Source: Azolla caroliniana
Taxonomy: Eukaryota > Plantae > Polypodiophyta
Length of the DNA: 64,000 nt
Assembly (NCBI GenBank): GCA_043228905.1
Contig: JBHGNT010000007.1
Coordinates: 3,224,001 to 3,288,000, forward strand
Reading direction: 5' to 3'
Part shown: piece after piece, positions 11,801 to 23,852 of the stretch
How positions within the stretch are numbered: the first letter of the stretch is position 1
How the letters are laid out: each line of letters begins with the position of its first letter
Notes under the pieces: model-generated
Databases searched by the model: none
Told to the model about the DNA's origin: nothing
What the model saw: only the letters and a program-made list of their open reading frames with translations
Made by a program: the position numbers and the translations under genes

Positions 11801-14054
11801 AGGCATACAAAAACATGGAAATTAATACAGTAATATGCACATCAAAATTGACGAAATTAGTAACTTTACTAAAAGAACTGATAAAAGCAACAAGACAATA
11901 TGGCTTTGAAGCACAATGTGAAAGAATGGCCTCTTTAAATCATAGTTTAGATACCACAATTACTTATCAAGATTCTATTATCAATATTCAAAGCATGTTG
12001 TAGACGGGTATACCTAGTGATGTGCAATGTTAAGTGTGTGTTTGTTTTACATGTGGTGTCCATTTTCATTACTCTCAACTTTTGGGCATAATGTTGTTTT
12101 CTCCTAAATAAATGTCTTAAAACCCTCAACATTGTCATATTTTTCAGCAAGGGAAACGACGCCAAGGCAATGCTAGAGGGGGCCACCCAATGTATGGAAT
12201 AAGTAAAAACATGGATGCTACACCACCTATCACCCATGCTTGGAACTTTAGCCTAGAAATTTACATATGCTGAACAAAAGTAAAATTCTTTATTTGAGGC
12301 AGGAGATATGTGGTTGAGTTCAAGAGATGGAATATGGATATGCTCCACAAATATCATAGAGGACAATGCCTAGTTAGACATTGTTTAATTGCGCCTTGTG
12401 GAAACATTGACCAACAAATAGAAAGAAGGTACAAGGCATAGCAATAACATGTCGGGAAACCTACAGGAAATGTTAGCATGTGCACAATCACACATCCTTA
12501 TCCCCGAGCATTTAGGGTGACACAACCCCCCTCCTCCACACACATAGGCATAATCTCATTATATCCTAATTTAGAGACCCTAGAGATAATAGATTTCATT
12601 TGCGGATTATGCCCTAATGAAGAGCATGATGATGAAGAGTATACATTACCCATGATGTGAAATGGTATTGTTTTCTAGAACGTTCCTTGCATCCCTTGAT
12701 AAGCCAAATGTAATGCAATCTTATATCATTGTATCACATTGACGACAACTATTCCCAAACATACATTTTATGCGAGAGCATAGGAAACCTTTTAGGAGAT
12801 TTGGTGCCATAATAAATGGAGGAGACTCTTGTAATTTTTGTGCAAGTCTCACCAAGTCATGAGGGCCCTCAATTACAAGATAAAGATAATCTTGCATTAC
12901 GCATCGCAAGGCAACCACCCACATGAGACACTCTCTCAACTAACAATGTCATGATAAATTTTAGGATAAAATCTTGGTGGTGTACTATCCTTGATAACAT
13001 AGTGTATATAGAGTGTATAGCAATGTGAAATGTCAAGCTATGGTCGGGATACTATTCATTTCTCTCATGGGCCAATTTGGTCTTAGACGAAGTTAATATA
13101 TATTTCTTTCTTTCTCAAATAGTGAACACATCCCAACACACCATGTTATCTTCCTTGAAACCATTGAGTACTCACTAAAGTTTTTTATGCCAATCCTAGT
13201 CCTCCTAAAAGGATCCAACAATGGATACTAATTGAGATCAAACCCAAATTACCTTGAACCTAAAGGTAAAGAGGTTAAAAAGATGCATCAAACCTAATAT
13301 TTGGCTTGATGCATCTTTCTAAGACTTATTACCAAAGCACTCAACCTCCCCTATTGGCATAGTGACCCCTTGGAGTCTACATTTAGTTTCTTTTTTTTCC
13401 CCGGAAATGTTTTAACCCCGATAGTTGTCAAACTTCTAAGAGGTGGAAATTTCTTTGTACTCTCTTACAAGTTGTGTTTCTAGCCTTGGACTCATCACTA
13501 TCCCACATAGATAACACTAAAGGGGACAATCCCGTTGCGAGCCAACTCATACGAGCTTGTCACCTATCATTGTCAAATATAATCTAGTGACATTGTCTAG
13601 TGTGTGCATTGATAACATGCTCCAATTTTTATAATGATTCTCGATCGATTAGACATGTCATAGCGGCACTAGCAAGTGGGCAGGTATACCAACCTTGAGT
13701 AGCTAGTTCATACCCTAGAGCTTATATATACATGTACAATATTGCATAATTAAAAATACATTGTGTTACATAAATCTATTTGCATGTAATGATGTATATT
13801 GCAGGATATGGAGGCATCTTCCAAGGGGGTTTTTGTGATAGGTTTGATTATCAACATGACCTATCAACCAATCAAGCCTAAACCTCACTTGTTTACCAAA
13901 TATATAAAGATAGTGTAATAGTTTTTGTTTATTAGATTCCCAAGGTTGATTAGTGTTCATTTTCCGCTTCTCGATCGGACAAACGATATAGAGATAGTAT
14001 AATATCATTTCGGTGGGTTAGAATATAGATATATGGGTAGTGATGGCTTGTGTG

Positions 14055-14255
14055 TTATGTATACATATGTCACTATGTGTGTGTGTGTATGAATGTATGT
14101 ATGTATGTGTGTGTGTGCGTGTGTGTGTGTGTGTGTGGATGTATGTATATATGACATATGTATGTATGTATGTATGGATGGATGGATGGATGGATGGATT
14201 GTGTGTATTGTTATGTATGTGTATGTATGTATGTATGTTTGTATGTTTGTATGTA
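14055..14255. repeat. Compound microsatellite (TG)n/(TATG)n/(GGAT)n upstream of the KNOX-like gene
   Basis: Directly visible low-complexity tract. It explains the spurious ORFs at 14005-14336. Confidence 0.9.
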
Positions 14256-14809
14256 AAACTTGAGACATATCTTATCCAGCATAATTCCATGTATAAGGAA
14301 GGAGGCAAATCATGTCTAATCATAGCATCATCATAGGTACATGCATGGTACAGTTAGCTAATAAAGTGCTTTCACACCTGACACCCACACATACCATCCA
14401 GATTAATGACATATACATATTTGACTAGATCATGACAGTCCCTTTCACACACATACACACATACACACACAATCCTAATGAATGAGATGGTCCCTTTCAA
14501 TGCAAACACAAGCAAGCAAGCAAGCTCATATATAGACAAGCTGCAGATTAATTGCATTGTACAAATCACTACAAAGTTACTACAACTGATCTAGTGCCGG
14601 CCCTCTCGCTCTCGCTTACATGAGTGGTGCCCCGTGGGCCGTCACCGAGAAAGAATCTCCGCCCCGGATGAACCAAAATTGCCCATTCAATACTCTTTAA
14701 TTTCAGCACACACACACTCCCTCTCATCACAATATTATATATGTATATAACTCTTAGTGGATTTAGTAGTGATACCTTAATTTAGTTAGCTAGCTAGGTT
14801 AGAGTGACC

Positions 14810-16001
14810 ATGGATCAGCTAGCTCATGTGTTGCAAGAAATCATTAGTGATCATCATCATCACCACCACCATCATCATCATGACACCATTGATCAAAGAG
14901 GATCAATTGACAATCATCATCATTGTCACAAGTATTTTCATTATGATGATGATGATGAGGATAGTGTGAATGACCATAATACTGCACAATGCCATGGTCC
15001 ATCTTCGATACTATTCGAGCCGACCAGCCGTAATTCCCTGCAAATTATGTCTGCCACGATGTTACTGTCGCCCAGGACATCGAACGCCTCCAGCTCGGGC
15101 TCCACATTCCATGGCGAGCAAAACCACTACGATGATGATACTATGCCCGATGATTATGCGACCATCAAAGACAAGATCGTTGCGCACCCCAGTTTCCACA
15201 AGCTTGTGATTGCATACGTGAATTGTCGGAAGGTTCTTCTTTTTAATGATTTCCATGGCCATGCTATGCTGCAATTGATGTTGTCAAAACCCTAAATCAG
15301 CTTAAACCAACTCCTAAAAAGAAAAAGAAACCCTGAATTCAATAGTTATTGGAATTAATGCAAATAAAATTCTAATAGCCCTTATGAACCTGCAGGTTGG
15401 TGCACCTCCACATGTTGTGAAGAAGCTTGATGAGTTAGTTGTGAGGATCATCGGCACTACTGATGATGATGATGCTGCTGCTGGTCATAGTATTGCAGAT
15501 CGTAGTAGAGGACAGCACTCGGTAGGGGCATCTGCAGCTGAGAGTGATTATCACAACTCCATATCCAGCTATGGTGACAATCACGATCGTCATATAAACC
15601 AATCAAACTGTTTGGAAGAAGTAGTTGCAGGATCAAGTGACCCAGAGTTGGATGATTTCATGGTAACTCCAAAAGAGAAGGGAAATTTTCATTATACGGT
15701 TTGTGGGATTGTTAATGAACGAATACAGATCCTTCTATATATATATGATTGGCGGTGCTTCTGCAGGATGCATACTGTGAAGCGTTGCACAAGTACCATG
15801 AGGACCTCATCAGGCCTATGGACGAAGCCATGGCATTCTTAGCCAATATCAAGTTGCAGGTGAATAATGAGGATTATAACGCTACTATGCTCATGGCCAC
15901 CAAAGACAACAGAGATCATCATCACCACCACCATCACCATAATTACAACCAATATGCAGGTCATCATCTCTCTGCCTCAATAACTTAACAGATTCTTTGA
16001 T

Positions 16002-16063
<62 letters not shown>

Positions 16064-17083
16064 TAAGCAGTTTTATAGTGTATATTATGAACTCTGATCC
16101 ATTCATTAGTCATCCCAAATAGGCCCTCCTAAATGCATATATAAGATGCTTATTCACTTGCTTGAGAAATGAAACACTAACTAGAGATGATACTGGTCTA
16201 AGGATCGGAACACTGAATATTTCTATGATTGTTCACATCAATATATATCTGAGGTAGATGATGGAATTATCACCGGAGAGTCAGAGACTGTACTGGCCAC
16301 CCGGTAATGTGTCATTCTCGTATACCATATACTCACAGTGATTAGCTGCTATGGACCATCTTAGATCTCCACTTTTATGTTATCTGCCATGCTAGTATGA
16401 TCGGCCCAAGGTCATCTTGATCGATCTGGAGGCCATTGCACACACTCTACTCTTCTAAAGATCTAAGAAAGTTAGGGTGCCCTGCAAGTACCCCACGCCC
16501 CATGCATTGGCTGAAAATATAATTGGGCCACCAAGCAAGCCATGGTTTCTGGTGGATTGTATCAATTCATCCCCCTTACAAGCGGGTTGGCCAGAGTGGT
16601 CCACAGCAACCATCTCCATGCCTCTTTCTCTGTAAACCCACAAACAGTTCATGCCTTGAATTATATTACTCTAGAGCAAATATCACATTGCAAAATATAT
16701 CATGTTTTAGCTCGATCCATTCCCGATCTCACTCCTACGAGCTATGTACTAGTATTGTACATCTCACTCTCAGGAAAAGATGAAGTGATATGGTAGTGGT
16801 AGAAGTCTATACCATCATTCACCATAGCCATATGTATAGTAAATGCATGTGATATTGGCATATCTCTGTGTGTGTGGTGTGAAGGCTGCGCACCATATTT
16901 GTCATGGTCTCTCATTATATTCAAATGTCTTATGTCGAGGATGCAGGGTTGATGGAGGAGGTGATGGACGGGATTGGGGCAGATGAGCTCGAGCTCAACG
17001 GAGATAAAGAAGAATACGATGACGATTTATATGAGTATGGGGAATACCTGCAGGGATACTACTCCGACAGCTATGGATCATGA
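14810..17083 (+). CDS. Class I-like KNOX MEINOX-domain protein apparently lacking ELK and homeodomain (KNATM-like architecture); exons 14810-15232, 15396-15662, 15767-15959, probable 16947-17083
   Basis: KNOX1 motif IKDKIVAHPSFHKLVIAYVNCRK|VGAPP and KNOX2 motif DPELDDFM|DAYCEALHKYHEDLIRPMDEAMAFLANIKLQ are joined by in-phase GT-AG introns at the usual class I KNOX positions. The N-terminus is His-rich. A phase-compatible last exon encodes an acidic tail GLMEEVMDGIGADELELNGDKEEYDDDLYEYGEYLQGYYSDSYGS*. The alternative is a stop at 15988 if intron 3 is not spliced. Confidence 0.85.
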
Positions 17084-18121
17084 GGACATCCAAAGTTGTG
17101 CTAAGCTATATAACTGCAGGCTTAGGTATATCACGAGTTGTGGGACAATTTAGGAAGGAAGTTAACTGTTGTAAGCTCAAAAATATGTATTGTGTTCTAA
17201 TTTCTTGGTTTATTTTAGATGATGTTTTGCTATATTCCTATTGTGGGTGAACACAGGTCTCCTACTATTTTACTACCGCATCCCCTTACTAGGTTGCTCT
17301 TTCAATATGAAGCAAATTTGTTATTGCAAGTAGGACTAGGACATCCATCAATACAGACGAATTTTTTATATTAGCAGAGTCTAGTCAGCCAGCTCGACGA
17401 ATCTGGACGTAATAGAAAAAACAATTCCCTTCGAATCCCTCAGTTCAAGAGGATCATATAATGTTTTAATGAGCAATTGTGAACATATGGCATCCATAAA
17501 AATGTTTCGAATTCTAATGCTAGAGACAAAAATGAAATTTGGGTCAGAAGTATTTGATACATAATTATTCCATGAACTCGGTGTTTGCAAGCCTGCATCC
17601 ATAGGTCTGCCTCTCCCACAAACACCTAGTCTTAAATACAAAAGTAATGGTGCTTAGAATATATGTATATATATACTATTGCCAAGCTTTTACCAAAGTC
17701 TTAGCTATACAGGGACAATATTCTGAAGACTGCTAGGCGAATGCCAAAAGCAAAATGATAAATCTTTGGCAATTACATCACCAAAACAAGTATAAAGCAA
17801 GCTCACAAATAGAACATAATATGAGAAGCACAAACTTCTTTAACCAAATGAAAATGGAAACTTATTACAAATTAATGCCTTGCTTTTCAGAAACTCAACA
17901 CATAAATAAAGTTGGAAATTACGATGACCTAATGCCTGCATAAGTTAAAGACCATGCAAGCAGTACAAAGTCTTCCAACCATGAGAGTGATTTAATATAT
18001 CGGTTATTCTTTTCTTTCTAGGATTGAACTATACAAAAGATATACTAAGATTTCAAAATTCTTGTTAGCAACCATATGCTATTTACATGTTTTCTGTTTA
18101 CCCACTCTTTATAGGGTTGAA

Positions 18122-21100
18122 TTACATACTGTTATGATGCTCACCTCTTCTAGGACACACAAGAGGAGCTATCATTTCCATCTCATGAACACTCACTCCA
18201 AAATTACACATGTTTGCAAAAGCTCTAGTATACTTAAGGCCATAGTTTGCCAATGGTCCACAATGCTTCTCAAAATTCCGCACCTTCAGAAAAACAAAAT
18301 AAAGTTCTTATCAGGCATTGCAAGGTCTCTTGTACAAGACAAAACCAAGATAATGCACAAAACACTAAAGAACCTTGCAAAATATTAAGAAACTAAGACA
18401 ACTGAGAAAAATGCAAAATGTTCTTTTCAGCTTGGCAAACCCTCATGTAAAATAGAGAACTAAGACAAGTACAGAGCAGATGCTCACCATGTCTTTCAAG
18501 CAATCCCAATCATCAACTAGAGGCTGTCCAGATGGGCGTTTATCTTCTAACGAAAAATGTCCACTGTCTTTCAATAAGAGAAGTTTCCCTATACTCCATA
18601 CACTCCTATCGATGTGCCTTCTATGTGCCAAAGCCATAAAAAGTTCGTCCTGTGCATCCATCTTTGCATTTGATCCCTCATGTGCAGCCTTGAACTGCAA
18701 ACATGTTCAAAGTAAGACCTTGCTAAAGACCTTTTCATCAATAACATCAATGTTTGAATCACCAATACAAGAAGCAAGGTTTGAAACCTCTCAAGAAAGA
18801 CCAGCCATCTCATTATTTACATAATTTAACATGTGATCCTAAATGAGAAGCCCTAGTTGCACAAACAATGCAGAGCATAAAGTCTTAAAAATTACCTTGT
18901 GCCAAAGATAGAGAATATCTGCATCTCTTTGCATCATAGCTACCATTCCTATCCTTTGGTGATTGAAACGATGTCTTAACAAACCACTAGATGGCATTTC
19001 CAACTCAACTTCACCGGTGGTAACGTTCTCCTTTAATGGATCACTACCCAAGTACAGACAAAGTTTCTCGTTGGCCAAGTCAGCACTCCCATAGCACATC
19101 ACATGTGATCCAGAAGTGTAGGTATTGTAATTGGATGTTCTCATTTTGACCTATAATCCAAATAGCAAATGAATACGAAATTTGATCCACAGCAACTTAA
19201 ATTCCCCAATAATGTTTAGGCAGTTAGCACTCTTACAGCATCATACTGTTCTTGCAAACTCCACAATTTGAGATTTTGAGATTCACTGCCATCAAGGCAA
19301 CATATAAACTCGAAAAGAATCAAAGAAAATAAAAAGTAACAGCAAAGGAATTGGATAACACAAACACATACCTGTCTTCCATCCAAGATACACTATACAA
19401 ATCACCAAGGCATGTTATATACTCAGGTGGCGGCGGAGGAACCATGCCTGGGCAATAGGTGCCCCAGCTGCTCTCCTCCGCATTAGAAGCAGTGGTAGCA
19501 TATATGCTTAAGTTATTGGGAAGAAGCCCTTCGAAAATGCTACCACTTTCACATGCTTCCAAATAGACGACCTGCTTACAAGAAGCCAGACAGAACACAA
19601 TAAATTCTTGATACATCATAACGATGTCATCATTCATTATACTGAAATGTCCAACGAGTTAATGACACAACCATCTCTTTGTAGCCATTAGCTTCATGCT
19701 TCTTTTTGAATGCCTCCACTAGCTCATTTGCATAAAGATTTGGTTCAGTAGGCATTCCTGAGTATCCAATTCCTTGACAGTTAAGATTACACAAATGCTT
19801 GAATAAACCAACAGAGAAAGTTTCAACAAAAAATAATCGCAATACCTAGCACTCCTGGACCTCCATGATCAGAATAGAACACAAAGATATGGTCTTCTGG
19901 ACCGCTTTCTATAACCTTCCCACTACCACCAGTGAGAGCACTCTTGTTTCCAAGAAATGCAGCCAAAAAGTTGTTTACAGTCACATTAGCTCCAGTATAA
20001 TCCTGGAGATGGGAAATATTAGCCATTGCCATAAAAAAAAGAAAAGCAGAGACATAAAATATTAAATTAAACAACAATGTAATATAAAACAAACCTTGGG
20101 AACTCCCTCATACACATTCTCTCCATTTGGATTGTTAATGATGGTGCCAGGGCGAGGGTTCAAGGGATTTCCAGCAATATCATCATACATAAAAACGACT
20201 ATGTTCTCTTCTTTGAGACCACCTTTCCGCAGCACTTGGTATGCATGACAGACATCAGCCTATGATCACGCCGAAGATCATAAATGAATAAAAAACAGCA
20301 CAAATGGAACGAATCTTAATACCATACAAATTCAGATGGCGTGAAATGAATAACTAAAAAACAGGAGCAAAGGGAGTGCCGAGCTTCAACCTCATACACA
20401 GTCAGAAGGTGTGCAGAAAGATGATCCATCAAATAATGTAAAATTAGAAACTAATCCTGCACTTGCATGTGAACTTCAGGTACTAAATATAAGTAAAAGA
20501 GATGCATGACAGATATCAGTCTGCATCCAAGATTATGACAAAGTAACGACAACAAACAAATAGAAACATGACTGAAAACCTGTGTTTTCACTAAACATTC
20601 CTAAAGGCAAATGAGATATTGAAACGAGAGGTAAAAATATGGCAAGTGGCCTGCAATTTGACGTTAAACCTTAATCAAGCAAACACGCATAAGCATAACA
20701 AAAGGCTGCTTTGATGTAAATCTGACTGAATTGAATAGTACAAATATAATATAATCATTGTTCCTGAGAGCACAACTGAGTATTTTCATGTAAAACTCAT
20801 TGAAACGGAGGCAATGAGATGTTGAAGGGAAGAGTGTATTTGACAAAAGGCCTCCATGGCAGAAATTGACCAAAAAACCGAGTTTAAACGCATAGCATTT
20901 GCTATATAAACCTTATCAATAGGAAGACAGAGAATCGCATGACTGAGAAATCATCCTGTGCAAAAGATATTGATCAAGAAAAGAAAAGAAACTAACAGAA
21001 AACGCAATGAAAATAATGCATTTGCATGTAAAATGTTTTGATTGAGAAGACCAAAGCAGAAACGAACAGGAAAATTTGACCAAAACAATGATCTGCATTT

Positions 21101-21201
21101 GTCATTGTAAACATTCTATGAATGAAAACAAAAAAAGCAGACATCAGCGTAATGCACGGCAAGAAATGGGAAAGAATAGAGGAAATATATATATATGTAT
21201 G

Positions 21202-21262
<61 letters not shown>

Positions 21263-21574
21263 GTATAGAGAGAGACAGAGAGAATGAAGCAAAGACTAAT
21301 AGTCACTAACCTGATGTCTGTAATTTCCATAGCCAGAAGAGCCAGCGATGATAATGGCCCAGCGAGTACTGTTTTCATCTGCACAGTTAGAAGAAGGCGA
21401 AGAAGGGACGGAGATGTCATCCACAGCCACAACATCTCCAGGAGATCTTCGTCTCCATCGCAAAGCTCCATATCCACTACTACCTCCAGCAAAGGCTAGC
21501 AAAGACAGCTGCACCACCAGAGCGATGGTGGTGAAGCGATGGAGATGAAGGCGGAGAGGGTGAGGATGCGCCAT
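18122..21574 (-). CDS. VPE: Vacuolar processing enzyme / asparaginyl endopeptidase (legumain, peptidase C13), ~9 exons
   Basis: Signal-peptide-like N-terminus, then [18 protein letters not shown]|[14 protein letters not shown]...; catalytic His in [12 protein letters not shown] and catalytic Cys in [13 protein letters not shown]; [13 protein letters not shown]; [15 protein letters not shown]; last exon [27 protein letters not shown]...* (stop 18122-18124). GT-AG junctions are consistent. Confidence 0.96.
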
Positions 21575-21723
21575 GGAAGTTGAGGAGGGGGGAGGTGGGA
21601 TTTAGGTGTGAAGGCGGTCGTCTCCATGGCCATGGTGGCCACCCTAAACCCTTTCTTCGGCCTCAGAACCAGAATAGCAGGCAGAGTTTCTAAATGGAGA
21701 CGATCATGATGAGATTACTCACT

Positions 21724-22090
21724 CTCTTCTTTTTCTTCTTCTTCTTCTTCTTCTTTTTTCTTTTTGCTTTTCTTTTTGCTTTTTCTTTTTCTTTTGCTTT
21801 TTCCTTTTCCTTTTCTTTTTCTTTTCCTTTTTCCTTTTTGCTTTTCTTTTTGCTTTTTCTTTTTCTTTTGCTTTTTCCTTTTCCTTTTCTTTTTCTTTTC
21901 CTTTTTCCTTTTTTCTTTTCCTTTTTTCCTTTTCTTTTTCTTTTTCTTTTGCTTTTTCCTTTTCCTTTTCCTTTTCCTTTTCCTTTTCCTTTTCTTTTTC
22001 TTTTTCTTTCTCTTCACCTTTTTTTCTCTCCTCTTTCTCTTTCTCTTTCTCTTCTCCTCCTATTTTTCTATCTCTTTCTCTTCTTTTTCG
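21724..22090. repeat. Long polypyrimidine/polypurine hexamer tract (CTTTTT/CTTTTC/CTTTTG)n just upstream of VPE
   Basis: About 370 bp of almost pure C/T on the + strand. It generates the Phe-rich and Lys/Glu-rich ORFs in the track. Confidence 0.95.
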
Positions 22091-23852
22091 AACCATTCCT
22101 TCCATGCGACTCAACTCACATGCATTACAATATGTGACATGGCATTGGGGCACAAGTGATGAGAGTGGTCGGCTATGCACACTTTCCCCTAAACAAGTTT
22201 GAGCGTCTGAGTATCACACTTTGATACAATACTCTGCCTTTGATCGTATTCGACCATGCTTTCCACATATCTTCGACTAAGCCCAATCCTTGCACGAATT
22301 TCTCTCACAAGCATAATGTGCACTCTCGATTGGAACATTCATTAGTGAAGTTCTTGAACATCGAGAGTTGCTGCTCACTTTCACACGCATCACGTGAAAT
22401 GTAATATTTTTGGTCTCATAGGTCATATTTGACCTCCGAATACGATAATAGAATCTATCTATCTATCTCTTTCTTCCTTCTCTTTTGCTTATTCTTTCTT
22501 TTTCTCTTTCTCATTGGTTTTTTCCATAAATCTATGTTTGTTATTAAAATAAGTTGATAATACACCCCAAGCTATCTCGATTCTCCACTCCTACATTAGT
22601 AGGGAATTGACGTTAAGGTAAACACTCTCCAAGTCTCTAATACTAGATGACATGAATCTACCTCATCTTGGGACAACCTCCCCATACAACATAGTTGTGA
22701 AAATTGCCAAATCAACTTCCCTTGCATCCTACATATTTGTTGTGGTACATCATGAAGTCCATCAAACCCCCATTTCTCATATTTTTTACTTTAGTTTCTT
22801 CTTCTTTCTCTCTCCCTTTTCTTTTTCTCTTTTCTCTTACATCAAAATTGCATCAATTATTTTAGATCTGTTGTTAATGCTAATCTTGTTGTGGAAGCAT
22901 CAAAATAACAATATATAACCAAGAATAAAGCTATTAGATAGAGTAAGAAGGAAAAAGAAAACAAAACCAGAGAAGAATACAAATTTGAGGATGCCAAACT
23001 AAGAGGAAGCGGAGCTTATTTATAACTCCCAAACCACCTCCCCAATTCCCCATTTCCGATGTGGGATAAAGAATGGGCCAAAAAGTTAACAAATCCTTTA
23101 CACCAACATTCAATCTAGTTATTAGATTCTAATGATGAACCTTATTTCCACTTTCAATTTCATTATTATGGCTATCTCCTAGCAAATTTGAGAAACTAGA
23201 TGTAAAATACATGTATGATTTTGACCTATCTAGACCACACATACCTAATGACAAGAAACACCCTCTTCCCTAGCATACATTTTACATGGACAATTTATGG
23301 AATTAAATTCCAAAACAAATCTATCATTGAGGGCTACTATTGATTACTAGAGATCTTACTAGTCTAGCAAAAAATAGTTTAATTTCCAACCTTACATGTG
23401 TGTTGCAACCTTCAATTATAAAGCCTTTGACAATGTTCTAGATACATTAATTGCAATTGTTATCAAAGAACTAGCTATCTGAACATGCTTAAGAAACATT
23501 AGACTACTTATAATTGGTGATCAATAGCTTTTACTAAAGGCATATTAACAGTTGCTCTAAAACAAAATACATTTGCAAGAACATATGCCTTTCAAATCTA
23601 GCCCCACACGTTTAAAATATATGATTCTTCATCATTGGGACCGTAACATTATCATGATATTTCAATTTTAATTGTCACATTTTCATCTACAAAAATTAAA
23701 TTGTGCAGAATTCGCCAAACGATGATGATGAGACGACTTCACAGCTATGTCAATAATGAAAACAACGCCTTTTTCTATTTAAATTCTGAATAAAATGCCA
23801 ATGCTCTCAAATAAAACTTTCCAATGAGACCACCATCACCTAAAAGCCCTTG

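Noticed and set aside
11900-13650. Possible highly decayed retrotransposon pol remnants
   Set aside because: Only vague motif traces, and no frame long enough to support a call by eye.
14005-14336. His/Thr-rich and Cys/Val-rich ORFs
   Set aside because: Microsatellite translation artefacts.
21694-22180. Phe-rich and Lys/Glu-rich ORFs
   Set aside because: Artefacts of the (CTTTTT)n tract.
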